From an uncultured SAR86 cluster bacterium (GTDB lineage: Bacteria > Pseudomonadota > Gammaproteobacteria > Magnimaribacterales > Magnimaribacteraceae), in the NCBI GenBank assembly GCA_902559365.1, contig CACEHP010000008.1, positions 3,071 through 67,070 on the forward strand: a stretch of 64,000 nucleotides of DNA, in the 5' to 3' direction. Under the pieces are notes generated by a model. That model was not told the origin of the DNA and ran no database searches. It worked only from the letters and a program-made list of their open reading frames with translations. Positions 13,056 through 21,835 of this stretch are shown here, one piece after another (the stretch's first letter is position 1; each line of letters opens with the position of its first letter). Position numbers and translations under genes: made by a program.

Positions 13056-13655
13056 TTAAATACTTATGCGATTTGCTTTTATTTGGGAAGGTCTGTGACC
13101 AGTTATGACAAAGGAACAACCTTTCGAGTTGAGTTCTTGGATTAAATGCTCAATCATAGAAGTTGCTTCGTCATCAAGTGCAGAAAATGGTTCGTCGATA
13201 AAATAAATCTTAAAATTTTTAACTAGCCACCTAGCTATTGAAATTCTCTTCCTTTGTCCTACTGACAGATTAGAAGCAAGTTCATTGGTGCGCATAAGTC
13301 CCACTCGCTCTAAACATTCATATATTTTATTTTCGTCCATTCCTTTAGCGCCATGAGTTAACTTTAGGTTTTCATAAACAGTTAATAAGTTCTTTATGCC
13401 TAGCTGATGGCCTTGATAAAAACATTCAAAAGTTCTGAAATCATTAAATTCATCGTTTTCATCCAGCCAATTTATAATTCCTTTCTCGGGCTTTATAAGG
13501 CCGAGGATTGTTCTTAACAAGGTGGTTTTACCAGATCCATTCGATCCTATAATTTCAAGATTCTCTCCGGGAAAAACTTCAAAGTTTATATTTTCAAACA
13601 CGACCTTGTTTGATCGAACACAAGAAAGGTTCTCTACTTTTAAATTAGGAAGCAT
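13056..13655 (-). CDS. ccmA: Heme ABC exporter ATP-binding protein CcmA
   Basis: GSNGSGKTT, LSVGQRKR, DEPFSALD; first gene of the ccm operon. Confidence 0.93.
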   Translation of the reverse strand: MLPNLKVENLSCVRSNKVVFENINFEVFPGENLEIIGSNGSGKTTLLRTILGLIKPEKGIINWLDENDEFNDFRTFECFYQGHQLGIKNLLTVYENLKLTHGAKGMDENKIYECLERVGLMRTNELASNLSVGQRKRISIARWLVKNFKIYFIDEPFSALDDEATSMIEHLIQELNSKGCSFVITGHRPSQIKANRISI

Positions 13656-13719
13656 TGATAAATGTATTTTACCAAAAAACTTTATATAACTGAATGAAAG
13701 AGGAAATAACTAGAGTGAA

Positions 13720-14232
13720 ATGAGTTCTGATAAAATGGTCTTAAAAATAGGAAAGAAAGTGAAAACAATAAATTTTGCTGAAAGGTCATCTATAGAATTT
13801 GTAGAAGAAGGGAATGCTTTAGCACCCAAATTTAATTCTGAAGGAATCATACCTGTAATAGTTACTGAAAGTAGTTCTGATTTGGTTCTGATGCTTGGTT
13901 ATATGAACAAAGAAGCATTAGATAAAACTATTTTGACTAGAGAGGCACATTATTGGAGCAGAAGTAGAGAACTTCTTTGGAAAAAAGGGGAATCCAGCGG
14001 AATGACTCATAGAGTAGACGAAATACTTATAGATGATGATCAAGATTCACTATGGCTTAAGGTCTCAATTGATGGATTAGGAGCTAGTTGCCATGTTGGA
14101 TATAAATCATGCTTCTATAGGTCTGTAAAATCTGTAGAGCAAGGAAATGTTGTTTTGAATTTTACTGAATCAGAAAAAATCTTTGACCCAGAAGTTGTTT
14201 ATCCTGGAGCAGATAACCCAACAAAACTTTAA
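13720..14232 (+). CDS. hisI: Phosphoribosyl-AMP cyclohydrolase
   Basis: YWSRSRELLWKKGESSG, DDDQD, ASCHVGYKSCFY; true start may be slightly downstream. Confidence 0.92.
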   Translation: MSSDKMVLKIGKKVKTINFAERSSIEFVEEGNALAPKFNSEGIIPVIVTESSSDLVLMLGYMNKEALDKTILTREAHYWSRSRELLWKKGESSGMTHRVDEILIDDDQDSLWLKVSIDGLGASCHVGYKSCFYRSVKSVEQGNVVLNFTESEKIFDPEVVYPGADNPTKL

Positions 14233-14320
14233 AAGAAAAGGCCAGACGGGGAGCCTGGCCTTTAATGCATCCTACTTGAGGAGGGGCAAGATGCGGTCTT
14301 AACGGGAGGTTAAGATTCTC
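14231..14320 (-). ncRNA. Putative 3'-UTR small RNA of metY: three hairpins with C-rich anti-SD loops, the last being an intrinsic terminator
   Basis: Minus strand: TCTTAAC-CTCCC-GTTAAGA; GCATCTTGC-CCCTCCTCAA-GTAGGATGC; AAAGGCCAGGC-TCCCC-GTCTGGCCTTT followed by TCTTTT. G-U wobbles pair only on the minus strand. Confidence 0.6.
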
Positions 14321-15619
14321 TTAACTTGCTTTCTTTATGGCTTGATCAATGTCAGAAATGATGTCTTCAATATTCTCTATACCTATTGAGAGCCTGACAT
14401 ATCCAGGAGTCACTCCAGCTGAAAGTTGTTCTTCAGAAGACAACTGACTATGGGTAGTTGATGCTGGATGAATAGCCAATGATCTGGAATCCCCGATATT
14501 TGCAACGTGATAAAGAAGTTCTAACGAATCAATAAACTTTCGTCCAGACTCTACTCCTCCGGGAAGTTCAAAACCTATCAATGCCCCATATCCGCCCGAT
14601 AAATAAGTGTCCGCCCTTTCCTTTTCAAGTCCTTCAGAAATGCCAGGATAAGTGACTGATGAAACTTTCTTGTTATCTTTCAGGTACTCTGCAACTTTTA
14701 GGGCATTATTTCCATGCTCCCTCATCCTAAGTGGTAAAGTTTCTAGTCCTTGAATAAATGCCCAAGCATTAAAAGGACTCATAGAGCCTCCGAGATCTCT
14801 TAAAAGGGTCGTTCTAGCCTTCATAATATAGGCGATAGGACCCATTGGTTTTATAGCCTCTGTCCATACAACACCGTTATAGCAAGGATCTGGGGTGTTA
14901 AGATTTGGTTGCCTTTCAGAACCTGCCTCTTCCCAGTCGAAGTTTCCTCCATCAATTATAAGACCTCCAATAGATGTTCCATGACCTCCGATATATTTTG
15001 TTGTGGAGTATGTTGTAACAGCCGCTCCATGGTCAAAAGGTCTACAGAAAATTGGTGCAGCAGTATTATCAACTATCAAAGGAATACCAAAAGATCTTCC
15101 AATATCTGAAACTTCCTTGATTGGAAATACTTGAAGTCTAGGGTTGGGGAGAGTTTCGCCGAAATAAGCTCGAGTCTTATCATCGGTAGCATTTCTAAAG
15201 TTTTCTGGATTTGTAGGATCCACAAATCTAACCTCTATTCCCATTTCAGATAGGTTATTTTTAAATTGGTTATAAGTACCTCCATATAAATGTGAAGAAG
15301 ATACTATGTTGTCTCCTGCTCTAGCTACATTTTGAATTGAATAAGCAGAAGCAGTTTGACCGGACGATACGGCCAATCCTGCCGCACCCCCATCTATTGC
15401 TGCCATTCTTTCTTCTAATACGGCATTTGTGGGATTCATTATTCGAGTATAAATATTGCCTAGTTCGGCTAGAGCAAAAAGATTTGCAGCTTTTTCAGTG
15501 CTCTCAAATAAATAGCTTGTTGTTTGATGGATAGGAACAGCTACAGATCCTGTAGTTTCATCTGCCCTCCATCCCGCATGTAGTGCTATGGTTTCTAAGT
15601 TCTTACCTTCGTAACTCAT
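14321..15619 (-). CDS. metY: O-acetylhomoserine sulfhydrylase (Cys/Met PLP enzyme)
   Basis: VPIHQTTSY, YTRIMNPT, STTKYIGGHG PLP lysine, HVANIGD, IHPASTTHSQL. Confidence 0.92.
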   Translation of the reverse strand: MSYEGKNLETIALHAGWRADETTGSVAVPIHQTTSYLFESTEKAANLFALAELGNIYTRIMNPTNAVLEERMAAIDGGAAGLAVSSGQTASAYSIQNVARAGDNIVSSSHLYGGTYNQFKNNLSEMGIEVRFVDPTNPENFRNATDDKTRAYFGETLPNPRLQVFPIKEVSDIGRSFGIPLIVDNTAAPIFCRPFDHGAAVTTYSTTKYIGGHGTSIGGLIIDGGNFDWEEAGSERQPNLNTPDPCYNGVVWTEAIKPMGPIAYIMKARTTLLRDLGGSMSPFNAWAFIQGLETLPLRMREHGNNALKVAEYLKDNKKVSSVTYPGISEGLEKERADTYLSGGYGALIGFELPGGVESGRKFIDSLELLYHVANIGDSRSLAIHPASTTHSQLSSEEQLSAGVTPGYVRLSIGIENIEDIISDIDQAIKKAS

Positions 15620-15631
15620 TTTATTTCTCCT

Positions 15632-15664
15632 AAAAAAAAACCTGCCAGCTTTCGCTAAACAGGT
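15632..15664 (-). terminator. Intrinsic terminator (attenuator) in the metY leader
   Basis: Minus strand ACCTGTTTAGC-GAAA-GCTGGCAGGT followed by a T run, directly before the AGGAG RBS. Confidence 0.75.
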
Positions 15665-15679
15665 CTGTTAAATGAGAAT

Positions 15680-15731
15680 CCTATTTAGCAGTATTTATAA
15701 AGCACCCGCAAGCTGGTTCAAATCGGTGCTC
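15680..15731 (-). promoter_or_regulatory. SAM-II (SAM-alpha)-type riboswitch aptamer
   Basis: Minus strand GAGCACC-GATTTGAACCAGCTTGC-GGGTGCTT-TATAAATACT-GCTAAATAGG matches the SAM-II pattern (P1, GAUUU...UUGC loop, A-rich linker, GCUAAA pseudoknot); lies upstream of a Met biosynthesis gene. Confidence 0.85.
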
Positions 15732-15790
15732 GGAAAATTCTAACCAAAGAAAATTTAAATTCAAGTTTTATTGTTAAAATAATTGAAAAG

Positions 15791-15867
15791 GCCCCGTTAG
15801 CTCAGTCGGATAGAGCGCTGGATTCCTAATCCAGAGGCCATAGGTTCAAATCCTGTACGGGGCACCA
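15791..15867 (+). tRNA. tRNA-Arg(CCT)
   Basis: Acceptor GCCCCGT/ACGGGGC, anticodon arm CTGGA-TTCCTAA-TCCAG, GGTTCAAATCC T-arm, encoded CCA. Confidence 0.95.
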
Positions 15868-15873
15868 GTAAAT

Positions 15874-17412
15874 ATGAATTGGAAAAAAGAAACAGTAGAA
15901 ATTAGAAAAAGAAGAAAGCTTGCTAAAAGCCAAGGCGGTAAAGAAGCCATTAAACTTCAACATGCAAAAGGAAGACTCACTTTAAGAGAGAGAATAGACC
16001 TTCTTTTAGATGAAGGATCATTTCAAGAACAAGGGGAAATAGCTGGAGGCTCTGAAGTCAATGAAGAAGGAAAGCTAGAATCTTTAACTCCTGCAAATTT
16101 TATTCTGGGTTTTGGAAAAATAAATAACAGAGATATTGTTGTTGGAGGAGAAGATTTCACTGTTAAAGGCGGATCTCCAAATTCTGCAGGACTTAGAAAA
16201 AGCGTTTATACCGAAGAGCTCGCGCTCAAATATAAAGTACCACTTATAAGGTTGCATGAAGGTGGAGGTGGATCAGTTGCTGGACCTGGTAAAAAATCAG
16301 GAGGTTATGGAGGTGATCCTGTCTTCTCTAAATCAAGATTTAAATCTATAGCAGATACATTAAGAGAGATACCAGTTGCATCTGCTGCCTTAGGTCCGGT
16401 GGCGGGAATGCCTGCTGCAAGGTTTGTTGGATCTCATTTTAGAGTCATGACAAAAGAAACCGCCCAAATCTTAGTAGCAGGACCTGCGGTAGTAGAAAGG
16501 GCTTTCGGTAAGAAGATGTCTAAAGAAGAATTGGGTGGCTCAGAGATTCATAAGCTAAATGGAGTAACAGACAATGTGGCTTCTTCAGAAGAAGATGCTT
16601 TTGAACAAATCAAAAAGTTTCTTTCATACTTTCCGCAGAACATATATGAGCTATCGGAAAGAATTACATGCGAAGACCCCATTGATAGAAAGGAAGAAGA
16701 TCTAATTGGGATTATTCCTAAAGACAGAAAAAGATCATATGAGATGAGAGATATAATAAATTTAGTTTTTGATAAAAACTCTTTCTTTGAAATGACTCAA
16801 TTCTTTGGAAGAGGAATAATCACTGGTTTTGCAAGAATTAATGGTTATTCAGTAGCAATTTTTGCAAACGATTCCAACTTTTATGCGGGATCTATGTCAG
16901 CTGAGGGGGCTCAAAAGACTACAAGATTCATAAGATTGTGTGACACTTTTAATATACCAATTGTGAGCTTAGTTGACGAGCCAGGTTTTTTAATTGGGCC
17001 GGATGCCGAAAAAGCAGGAACTATCCTTCATGGCACACAAGCAGTCTTAGCCACTACAGAATCTACTGTCCCTTGGTCTACAATCATGATAAGGAAGTCT
17101 TTTGGTGTTGCTGCAGCAGCTCATTATGGGCCGGACGGTTACGTACTTGCTTGGCCTTCTGCTGAATCTGGACCTCTACCTTTAGAAGGAGGTGTGGCGG
17201 TAGCCTTTAAGAAAGAAATAGCATCTGCAGAAAATCCCGAAGCAAAAAGGAAAGAGCTAGAAGAAAAAATGGCAAAAAACCAAAATCCATTCCCGAGAGC
17301 TGAGGCTTTCTCTGTCCATGAAATAATTGATCCAAGAGAAACAAGAAAATATATTGCTTTGTGGGCTGAAAGAATTCAAAGCCAACTGAAAGCTAAACTA
17401 GTCTCTAGATAA
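15874..17412 (+). CDS. Acyl-CoA carboxylase carboxyltransferase (beta) subunit
   Basis: GRLTLRERIDLLLD, EDFTVKGGS, EELGG, VDEPGFLIG, IIDPRETR. Confidence 0.9.
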   Translation: MNWKKETVEIRKRRKLAKSQGGKEAIKLQHAKGRLTLRERIDLLLDEGSFQEQGEIAGGSEVNEEGKLESLTPANFILGFGKINNRDIVVGGEDFTVKGGSPNSAGLRKSVYTEELALKYKVPLIRLHEGGGGSVAGPGKKSGGYGGDPVFSKSRFKSIADTLREIPVASAALGPVAGMPAARFVGSHFRVMTKETAQILVAGPAVVERAFGKKMSKEELGGSEIHKLNGVTDNVASSEEDAFEQIKKFLSYFPQNIYELSERITCEDPIDRKEEDLIGIIPKDRKRSYEMRDIINLVFDKNSFFEMTQFFGRGIITGFARINGYSVAIFANDSNFYAGSMSAEGAQKTTRFIRLCDTFNIPIVSLVDEPGFLIGPDAEKAGTILHGTQAVLATTESTVPWSTIMIRKSFGVAAAAHYGPDGYVLAWPSAESGPLPLEGGVAVAFKKEIASAENPEAKRKELEEKMAKNQNPFPRAEAFSVHEIIDPRETRKYIALWAERIQSQLKAKLVSR

Positions 17413-17482
17413 TCAAGTAAATTTAGCTTAACTTTGTTAAATCCTAATATATACTTATGAGTCAAATATACGGAGAGTAAAA

Positions 17483-18913
17483 ATGAAAACATATGAACAA
17501 TTTTACATAAATGGAGAATGGGTAGATCCTGTAGAAGGAAAAAACATGTTTGATGTTTTAAACCCAGCTAATGAAGAAGTTATCGGGCAGATTGCTATGG
17601 GAAGTGCTGCCGATGTTGATAATGCTGTAATGGCAGCATCTAAAGCTTTTGATACATTTAGCCAAACTTCAGTTGAAGAAAGGTTAGCTATCCTTGGCAA
17701 GATCGTTGAGGTCTATCAGAGTAGGTATGATGAAATAGCTGAAACCATTTCTTCAGAAATGGGAGCCCCACTATCACTTTCCAAAGCTGCACAAGCTGCA
17801 ACTGGTCTTGGTCACTTTGCTCAAGCTATTGAAGTTTTACAAAACTTTGAGTGGGAAGAGACCAGAGGAAAAACTGTCTTAAGAAGAGAACCAATAGGTG
17901 TTGTTGGAATGATAACTCCTTGGAATTGGCCTATAAATCAAATCTCATGCAAAGTTGCTCCAGCTATTGCTGCAGGATGCACTATGGTTTTAAAGCCCAC
18001 TGAAATGGCTCCTCTAAACGCAATGATCTTTGCTGAAATACTTCACGAAGCAGGCGTGCCTGCTGGAGTGTTCAATCTGGTTAACGGAGATGGTCCTACA
18101 GTAGGTGAAGCAATGTCTTCTCACCCACGCATTGATATGATGTCTTTTACAGGCTCTACCAGAGCAGGTATTGCTGTTGCAAAGGGAGCTGCAGATACAG
18201 TAAAAAGAGTAGCGCAGGAACTGGGGGGTAAATCTGCAAATATTATATTGGATGATGCAGACTTTGAATCAGCTATCACAGGTGGAGCAAAACATTGCTT
18301 CAATAATAGCGGACAGTCCTGTAATGCACCTACCAGAATGCTTGTTCCTGAAGCAAGGCATGACGAAGCTAAAGAAATTGCTAAGAGAGCTGCTGAAGCA
18401 ACTAAGGTTGGAGATCCATTTGCAGAAGATACTGGCATAGGTCCGGTAGTTAGCGACGTACAGTTCAACAAGATACAAGGACTAATTGAGAAAGGTATCG
18501 AAGAAGGTGCTGAACTTGTAGCTGGCGGTCCAGGAAAACCAGAAGGTTTAAATGCTGGATACTTTGTGAGGCCAACAGTATTTGCGAATGTGAATAATGA
18601 TATGACTATCGCTAGAGAGGAAATATTTGGTCCTGTTCTTTCTATACTGCCTTACAAAGATGAAGAGGAGGCTGTAGAAATTGCGAATGATACTGAGTAT
18701 GGGCTTTATGGGTATGTTTCTTCAGGTGATGTAGAACATGCCAAGAAAGTTGCTAATAGAATAAGAGCTGGAAGTATAGCCATTAATGGTGCCGGTGCAG
18801 ACTTCACCACACCGTTTGGAGGATACAAACAATCTGGAAATGGTAGGGAATGGGGTCTATTTGGATTCGAAGAATTCCTAGAAGTTAAAGCCGTTGTAGG
18901 TTTTACCAGCTAA
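17483..18913 (+). CDS. NAD(P)-dependent aldehyde dehydrogenase
   Basis: ITPWNWP, FTGSTRAG, QELGGKS, GQSCNAP, EEIFGPV. Confidence 0.95.
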   Translation: MKTYEQFYINGEWVDPVEGKNMFDVLNPANEEVIGQIAMGSAADVDNAVMAASKAFDTFSQTSVEERLAILGKIVEVYQSRYDEIAETISSEMGAPLSLSKAAQAATGLGHFAQAIEVLQNFEWEETRGKTVLRREPIGVVGMITPWNWPINQISCKVAPAIAAGCTMVLKPTEMAPLNAMIFAEILHEAGVPAGVFNLVNGDGPTVGEAMSSHPRIDMMSFTGSTRAGIAVAKGAADTVKRVAQELGGKSANIILDDADFESAITGGAKHCFNNSGQSCNAPTRMLVPEARHDEAKEIAKRAAEATKVGDPFAEDTGIGPVVSDVQFNKIQGLIEKGIEEGAELVAGGPGKPEGLNAGYFVRPTVFANVNNDMTIAREEIFGPVLSILPYKDEEEAVEIANDTEYGLYGYVSSGDVEHAKKVANRIRAGSIAINGAGADFTTPFGGYKQSGNGREWGLFGFEEFLEVKAVVGFTS

Positions 18914-18927
18914 ACCTTAATCTAATG

Positions 18928-18957
18928 AAAAAGGGCCGTAAGTAGCGGCCTTTTTTT
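18928..18957. terminator. Bidirectional intrinsic terminator between convergent genes
   Basis: A5-GGGCCG-taagtag-CGGCC-T7. Confidence 0.75.
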
Positions 18958-19912
18958 ATACTTGATTGAGTAGCTTTTTCCCATCTTGTAGACGTTTGAA
19001 ATTATCAATGAAAAGCTCTACTGCCCTTAATGGAGCCCTGGGTCCCCATGCAGAATCATGAGGTGTGATAAAACAATTCTCTAGTGTCCAAAGAGGTGAA
19101 TTAGAATCTAAAGGCTCTGGATCAGTTGTATCAAGAGCAGCGCACAATATTTCCTCTTTTGATAGCGCATTGGCAAGACTATCTTCATCTACAGACTCTC
19201 CTCTTCCCACATTTATAAACATTGCAGATGACTTCATAGCTGCAAACTGATCTGTGGAAAATATTTTTTGTGTATCAGGACTACTTGGGAGACAATTGAC
19301 TACGAAATCACACATTGGCAACATTTCATTTAATTCATTTGGTTTAAAAAGCCTATCTAGGTTATCTGAGAGAACAGGAGTTCTTTTTGTTGCGTAAACA
19401 GTCATTCTAAAGGCCTTAGCCAACCTCGCCACCTCCTGGCCTATTCCTCCAAAACCAGTAATTCCTATAGTCATATCCGTTAGTTCGCCAACTGACATCA
19501 TTTGTTTCCAATTTTTTTCCTTTTGGAGTGCTATATGGGCGTCTATTGATTTTATAGACCTTAATATCTGAGCAAATATATAAGTTGCTATGGGTATTGC
19601 ATGTAACCCTCCCCCATGCGAAAACACCTTTGAATGATCTATTAAAGCCTGAGCTTGAGGAGTCTCTATTCCAGCCCAAGAGCCCTGCACATAAGAACAT
19701 CCATCAATTAGAGCTAAATATTTCTTAAAAAAAACCTCTGATTTTAAAGCTTTAAACATTAACTCGTAAGAAACAAGAGCTATATCAGGTTTACCTTCGC
19801 CTTGGATTACATTTGCCTCTGAATCAATGAGAATAAATTCATGTTGTTTAAAATTTTCAATAAGCAATTCTTCAAAAGCTTTATATGTAAACTCACTTAA
19901 ACAGATCTTCAT
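18956..19912 (-). CDS. D-2-hydroxyacid dehydrogenase family protein
   Basis: GFGGIG, FINVGRG, LDTTDPEPL, ITPH. Confidence 0.9.
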   Translation of the reverse strand: MKICLSEFTYKAFEELLIENFKQHEFILIDSEANVIQGEGKPDIALVSYELMFKALKSEVFFKKYLALIDGCSYVQGSWAGIETPQAQALIDHSKVFSHGGGLHAIPIATYIFAQILRSIKSIDAHIALQKEKNWKQMMSVGELTDMTIGITGFGGIGQEVARLAKAFRMTVYATKRTPVLSDNLDRLFKPNELNEMLPMCDFVVNCLPSSPDTQKIFSTDQFAAMKSSAMFINVGRGESVDEDSLANALSKEEILCAALDTTDPEPLDSNSPLWTLENCFITPHDSAWGPRAPLRAVELFIDNFKRLQDGKKLLNQV

Positions 19913-19915
19913 GTT

Positions 19916-20308
19916 TTATTCCAAGTCTCCGTCTTCTCTCATTTTTTTTCTTATTTTGGTTGCACTAATTTGAGTGACAGCTTCTTCAAAAGTCTCTTCT
20001 TCAAAAACATAACCCACTCCCCTACCGTAAGTTATATTTACTATATTTGGGACCATCATTATTTCGTAATGGATACCTCTTTTGAAGTTGTCTTTTAAAA
20101 GACCTTCAGAAATATTTTGGCAGACAGAATCCCAATCAAAAGGATTATCATCTTGACCTTCACCGCCAGACGCGCCGTGCACATCTCTTACTTGGATAAT
20201 AACTTGTCCTGTCTTTTTTATAGATCTTTTAAATAATTCTTGATGTCCATCATGCCAAGGTTGCCATCTACCTAGCATTTGGACTGTAGGTTTTTTCCAA
20301 TCAAACAT
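19916..20308 (-). CDS. Small HxGH nucleotidyltransferase (cytidyltransferase-like), about 130 aa
   Basis: GRWQPWHDGH and ISATKIR motifs; ATG at 20308 overlaps the upstream kinase stop. Confidence 0.8.
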   Translation of the reverse strand: MFDWKKPTVQMLGRWQPWHDGHQELFKRSIKKTGQVIIQVRDVHGASGGEGQDDNPFDWDSVCQNISEGLLKDNFKRGIHYEIMMVPNIVNITYGRGVGYVFEEETFEEAVTQISATKIRKKMREDGDLE

Positions 20309-20711
20309 TTTCTTTAATCCTTTTAGCAATGTCTATATGGTTATGATCATTCCATTCCTTAATAAGAAAATCTACCTTAGAAGGTGGCTCAAAGAGAGCA
20401 TTAGTGTCTTCAAAACGACCTTCATCAATAGTGTCGAGCCAAATAGTAATATCAGCTTCAAAAATCTTTCGTGTTTCTTTTGTTGGGCAAACAAAGTCGC
20501 AAATAACAATCCTGTTATGGGAAGATTCAAAATCGGCAATGGACTTCATTCTGAGGCTTTGTCTTAGTCTACCTTCTTCGCTGAAATCCCAATCTCCTGC
20601 CATAGATCTTACTTTATCCGCATTAAACCAAGCTGACTCTAACAAAGGTTGAAGTCTTTCTGATAAATACGTTTTCCCGCTTCCAGGTAAACCCATAACA
20701 AGTATTTTCAT
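20301..20711 (-). CDS. Adenylyl-sulfate kinase-like P-loop kinase (short)
   Basis: GLPGSGKT, NADKVR, DFSEEGR, DFVCP, FEPP, resembling CysC motifs. Confidence 0.75.
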   Translation of the reverse strand: MKILVMGLPGSGKTYLSERLQPLLESAWFNADKVRSMAGDWDFSEEGRLRQSLRMKSIADFESSHNRIVICDFVCPTKETRKIFEADITIWLDTIDEGRFEDTNALFEPPSKVDFLIKEWNDHNHIDIAKRIKENV

Positions 20712-20725
20712 ATTTAAGTAATCAA

Positions 20726-21820
20726 TTAAGAATAATTGAGCTTATTATGGACTTCTGCCTCATCAAGTCCATAATCTTCTATTGAATATTTATGCTTTGC
20801 CTTGTCTTCTAGAGAACCCTTTTCTATGTAGCCTGTCATTTCAGTTAGAGTTTTCTCATCTAAATGAAAATCAAAATTTGCATAAATATCTTTCATTAAA
20901 TTGATTGGGTCGTCTATTAAATCTTTATATTGAACTTGCATATATTCTTTTGAAGAAAATTTTAATTTCTGAGATTCATTCTTTTTATTTGACTGCTCCC
21001 AAAAATTTATAGTTCTTTTTCCAATGTCATGTAAATCAATATTACTAGAAAATCCTTTTCTAACTTGTGCAGTTAAACTACATATAGATGGAATTGTTTC
21101 TACAGGATCCCTAATGATATGAATGAAGCGGGCATCAGGATAGTAATTTAATATTTCATCTAGATTACCTAAATGACTAGGATCTTTTAATAACCATCTT
21201 TGAGGTTTTTGTTGTGTTTCAAGAATACTTAAAAATTTAAAGTGTTGGCTGTACGCTATGCTGGTGTCGCAATTAGATAAATAATCAAGATAGGTTGGTG
21301 TATTTGCCATGTAGAAATACAAAATACTTTGCAAAGCAAATACTTTAATTAATAAACACTCTTCGGGACTATCTGACTTTATGGCATGAAGGTCATCTAA
21401 TTGAGGTATAAACCTTTCTTTAAAGAACAAAATTAAATCAGATTGTCCTATACGTAATTTTTCTTTATATCCATTCGTTTCAACTAACGGTAAAGGTTTC
21501 ATCATCTCCCAAAACAAAGGGCTTCTGTGGTTTGAATCTTGACTGAGAAGATTAAATAAAAAGGTTGTTCCAGAGCGAGGAAGACCTATAACAAAGACAG
21601 GTTGGCTCACTTTAGGTTGTTCTATACCCTCATAAAATTGAGAGATTAAGTGACGATTTCTAAGATGTTGTTTAATTTGATACTTTGCAGCCAATTTACC
21701 TGTGAAGCTTAAATTAGCCTCGTTGTTCAATGAATCAACAAGAACATTAAAAGGCTCTGAAAGGTTAGTATCAGATAAATCTAATTTCAAATCTGCAACA
21801 ATCTTAGATTTGTTGATCAT
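20726..21820 (-). CDS. PAPS-dependent sulfotransferase (Sulfotransfer_3-type)
   Basis: 5'-PSB VIGLPRSGTT, WLLKDPSH, 3'-PB IIRDP...S. Confidence 0.88.
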   Translation of the reverse strand: MINKSKIVADLKLDLSDTNLSEPFNVLVDSLNNEANLSFTGKLAAKYQIKQHLRNRHLISQFYEGIEQPKVSQPVFVIGLPRSGTTFLFNLLSQDSNHRSPLFWEMMKPLPLVETNGYKEKLRIGQSDLILFFKERFIPQLDDLHAIKSDSPEECLLIKVFALQSILYFYMANTPTYLDYLSNCDTSIAYSQHFKFLSILETQQKPQRWLLKDPSHLGNLDEILNYYPDARFIHIIRDPVETIPSICSLTAQVRKGFSSNIDLHDIGKRTINFWEQSNKKNESQKLKFSSKEYMQVQYKDLIDDPINLMKDIYANFDFHLDEKTLTEMTGYIEKGSLEDKAKHKYSIEDYGLDEAEVHNKLNYS

Positions 21821-21835
21821 CTAAATCAGATTTAC

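Noticed and set aside
14231-14320. Plus-strand reading as a CsrB/RsmZ-like sponge (GGA-containing loops)
   Set aside because: Two stems contain A-C mismatches on the plus strand but G-U pairs on the minus strand, the longer U tract is on the minus strand, and no csrA is seen at its usual locus
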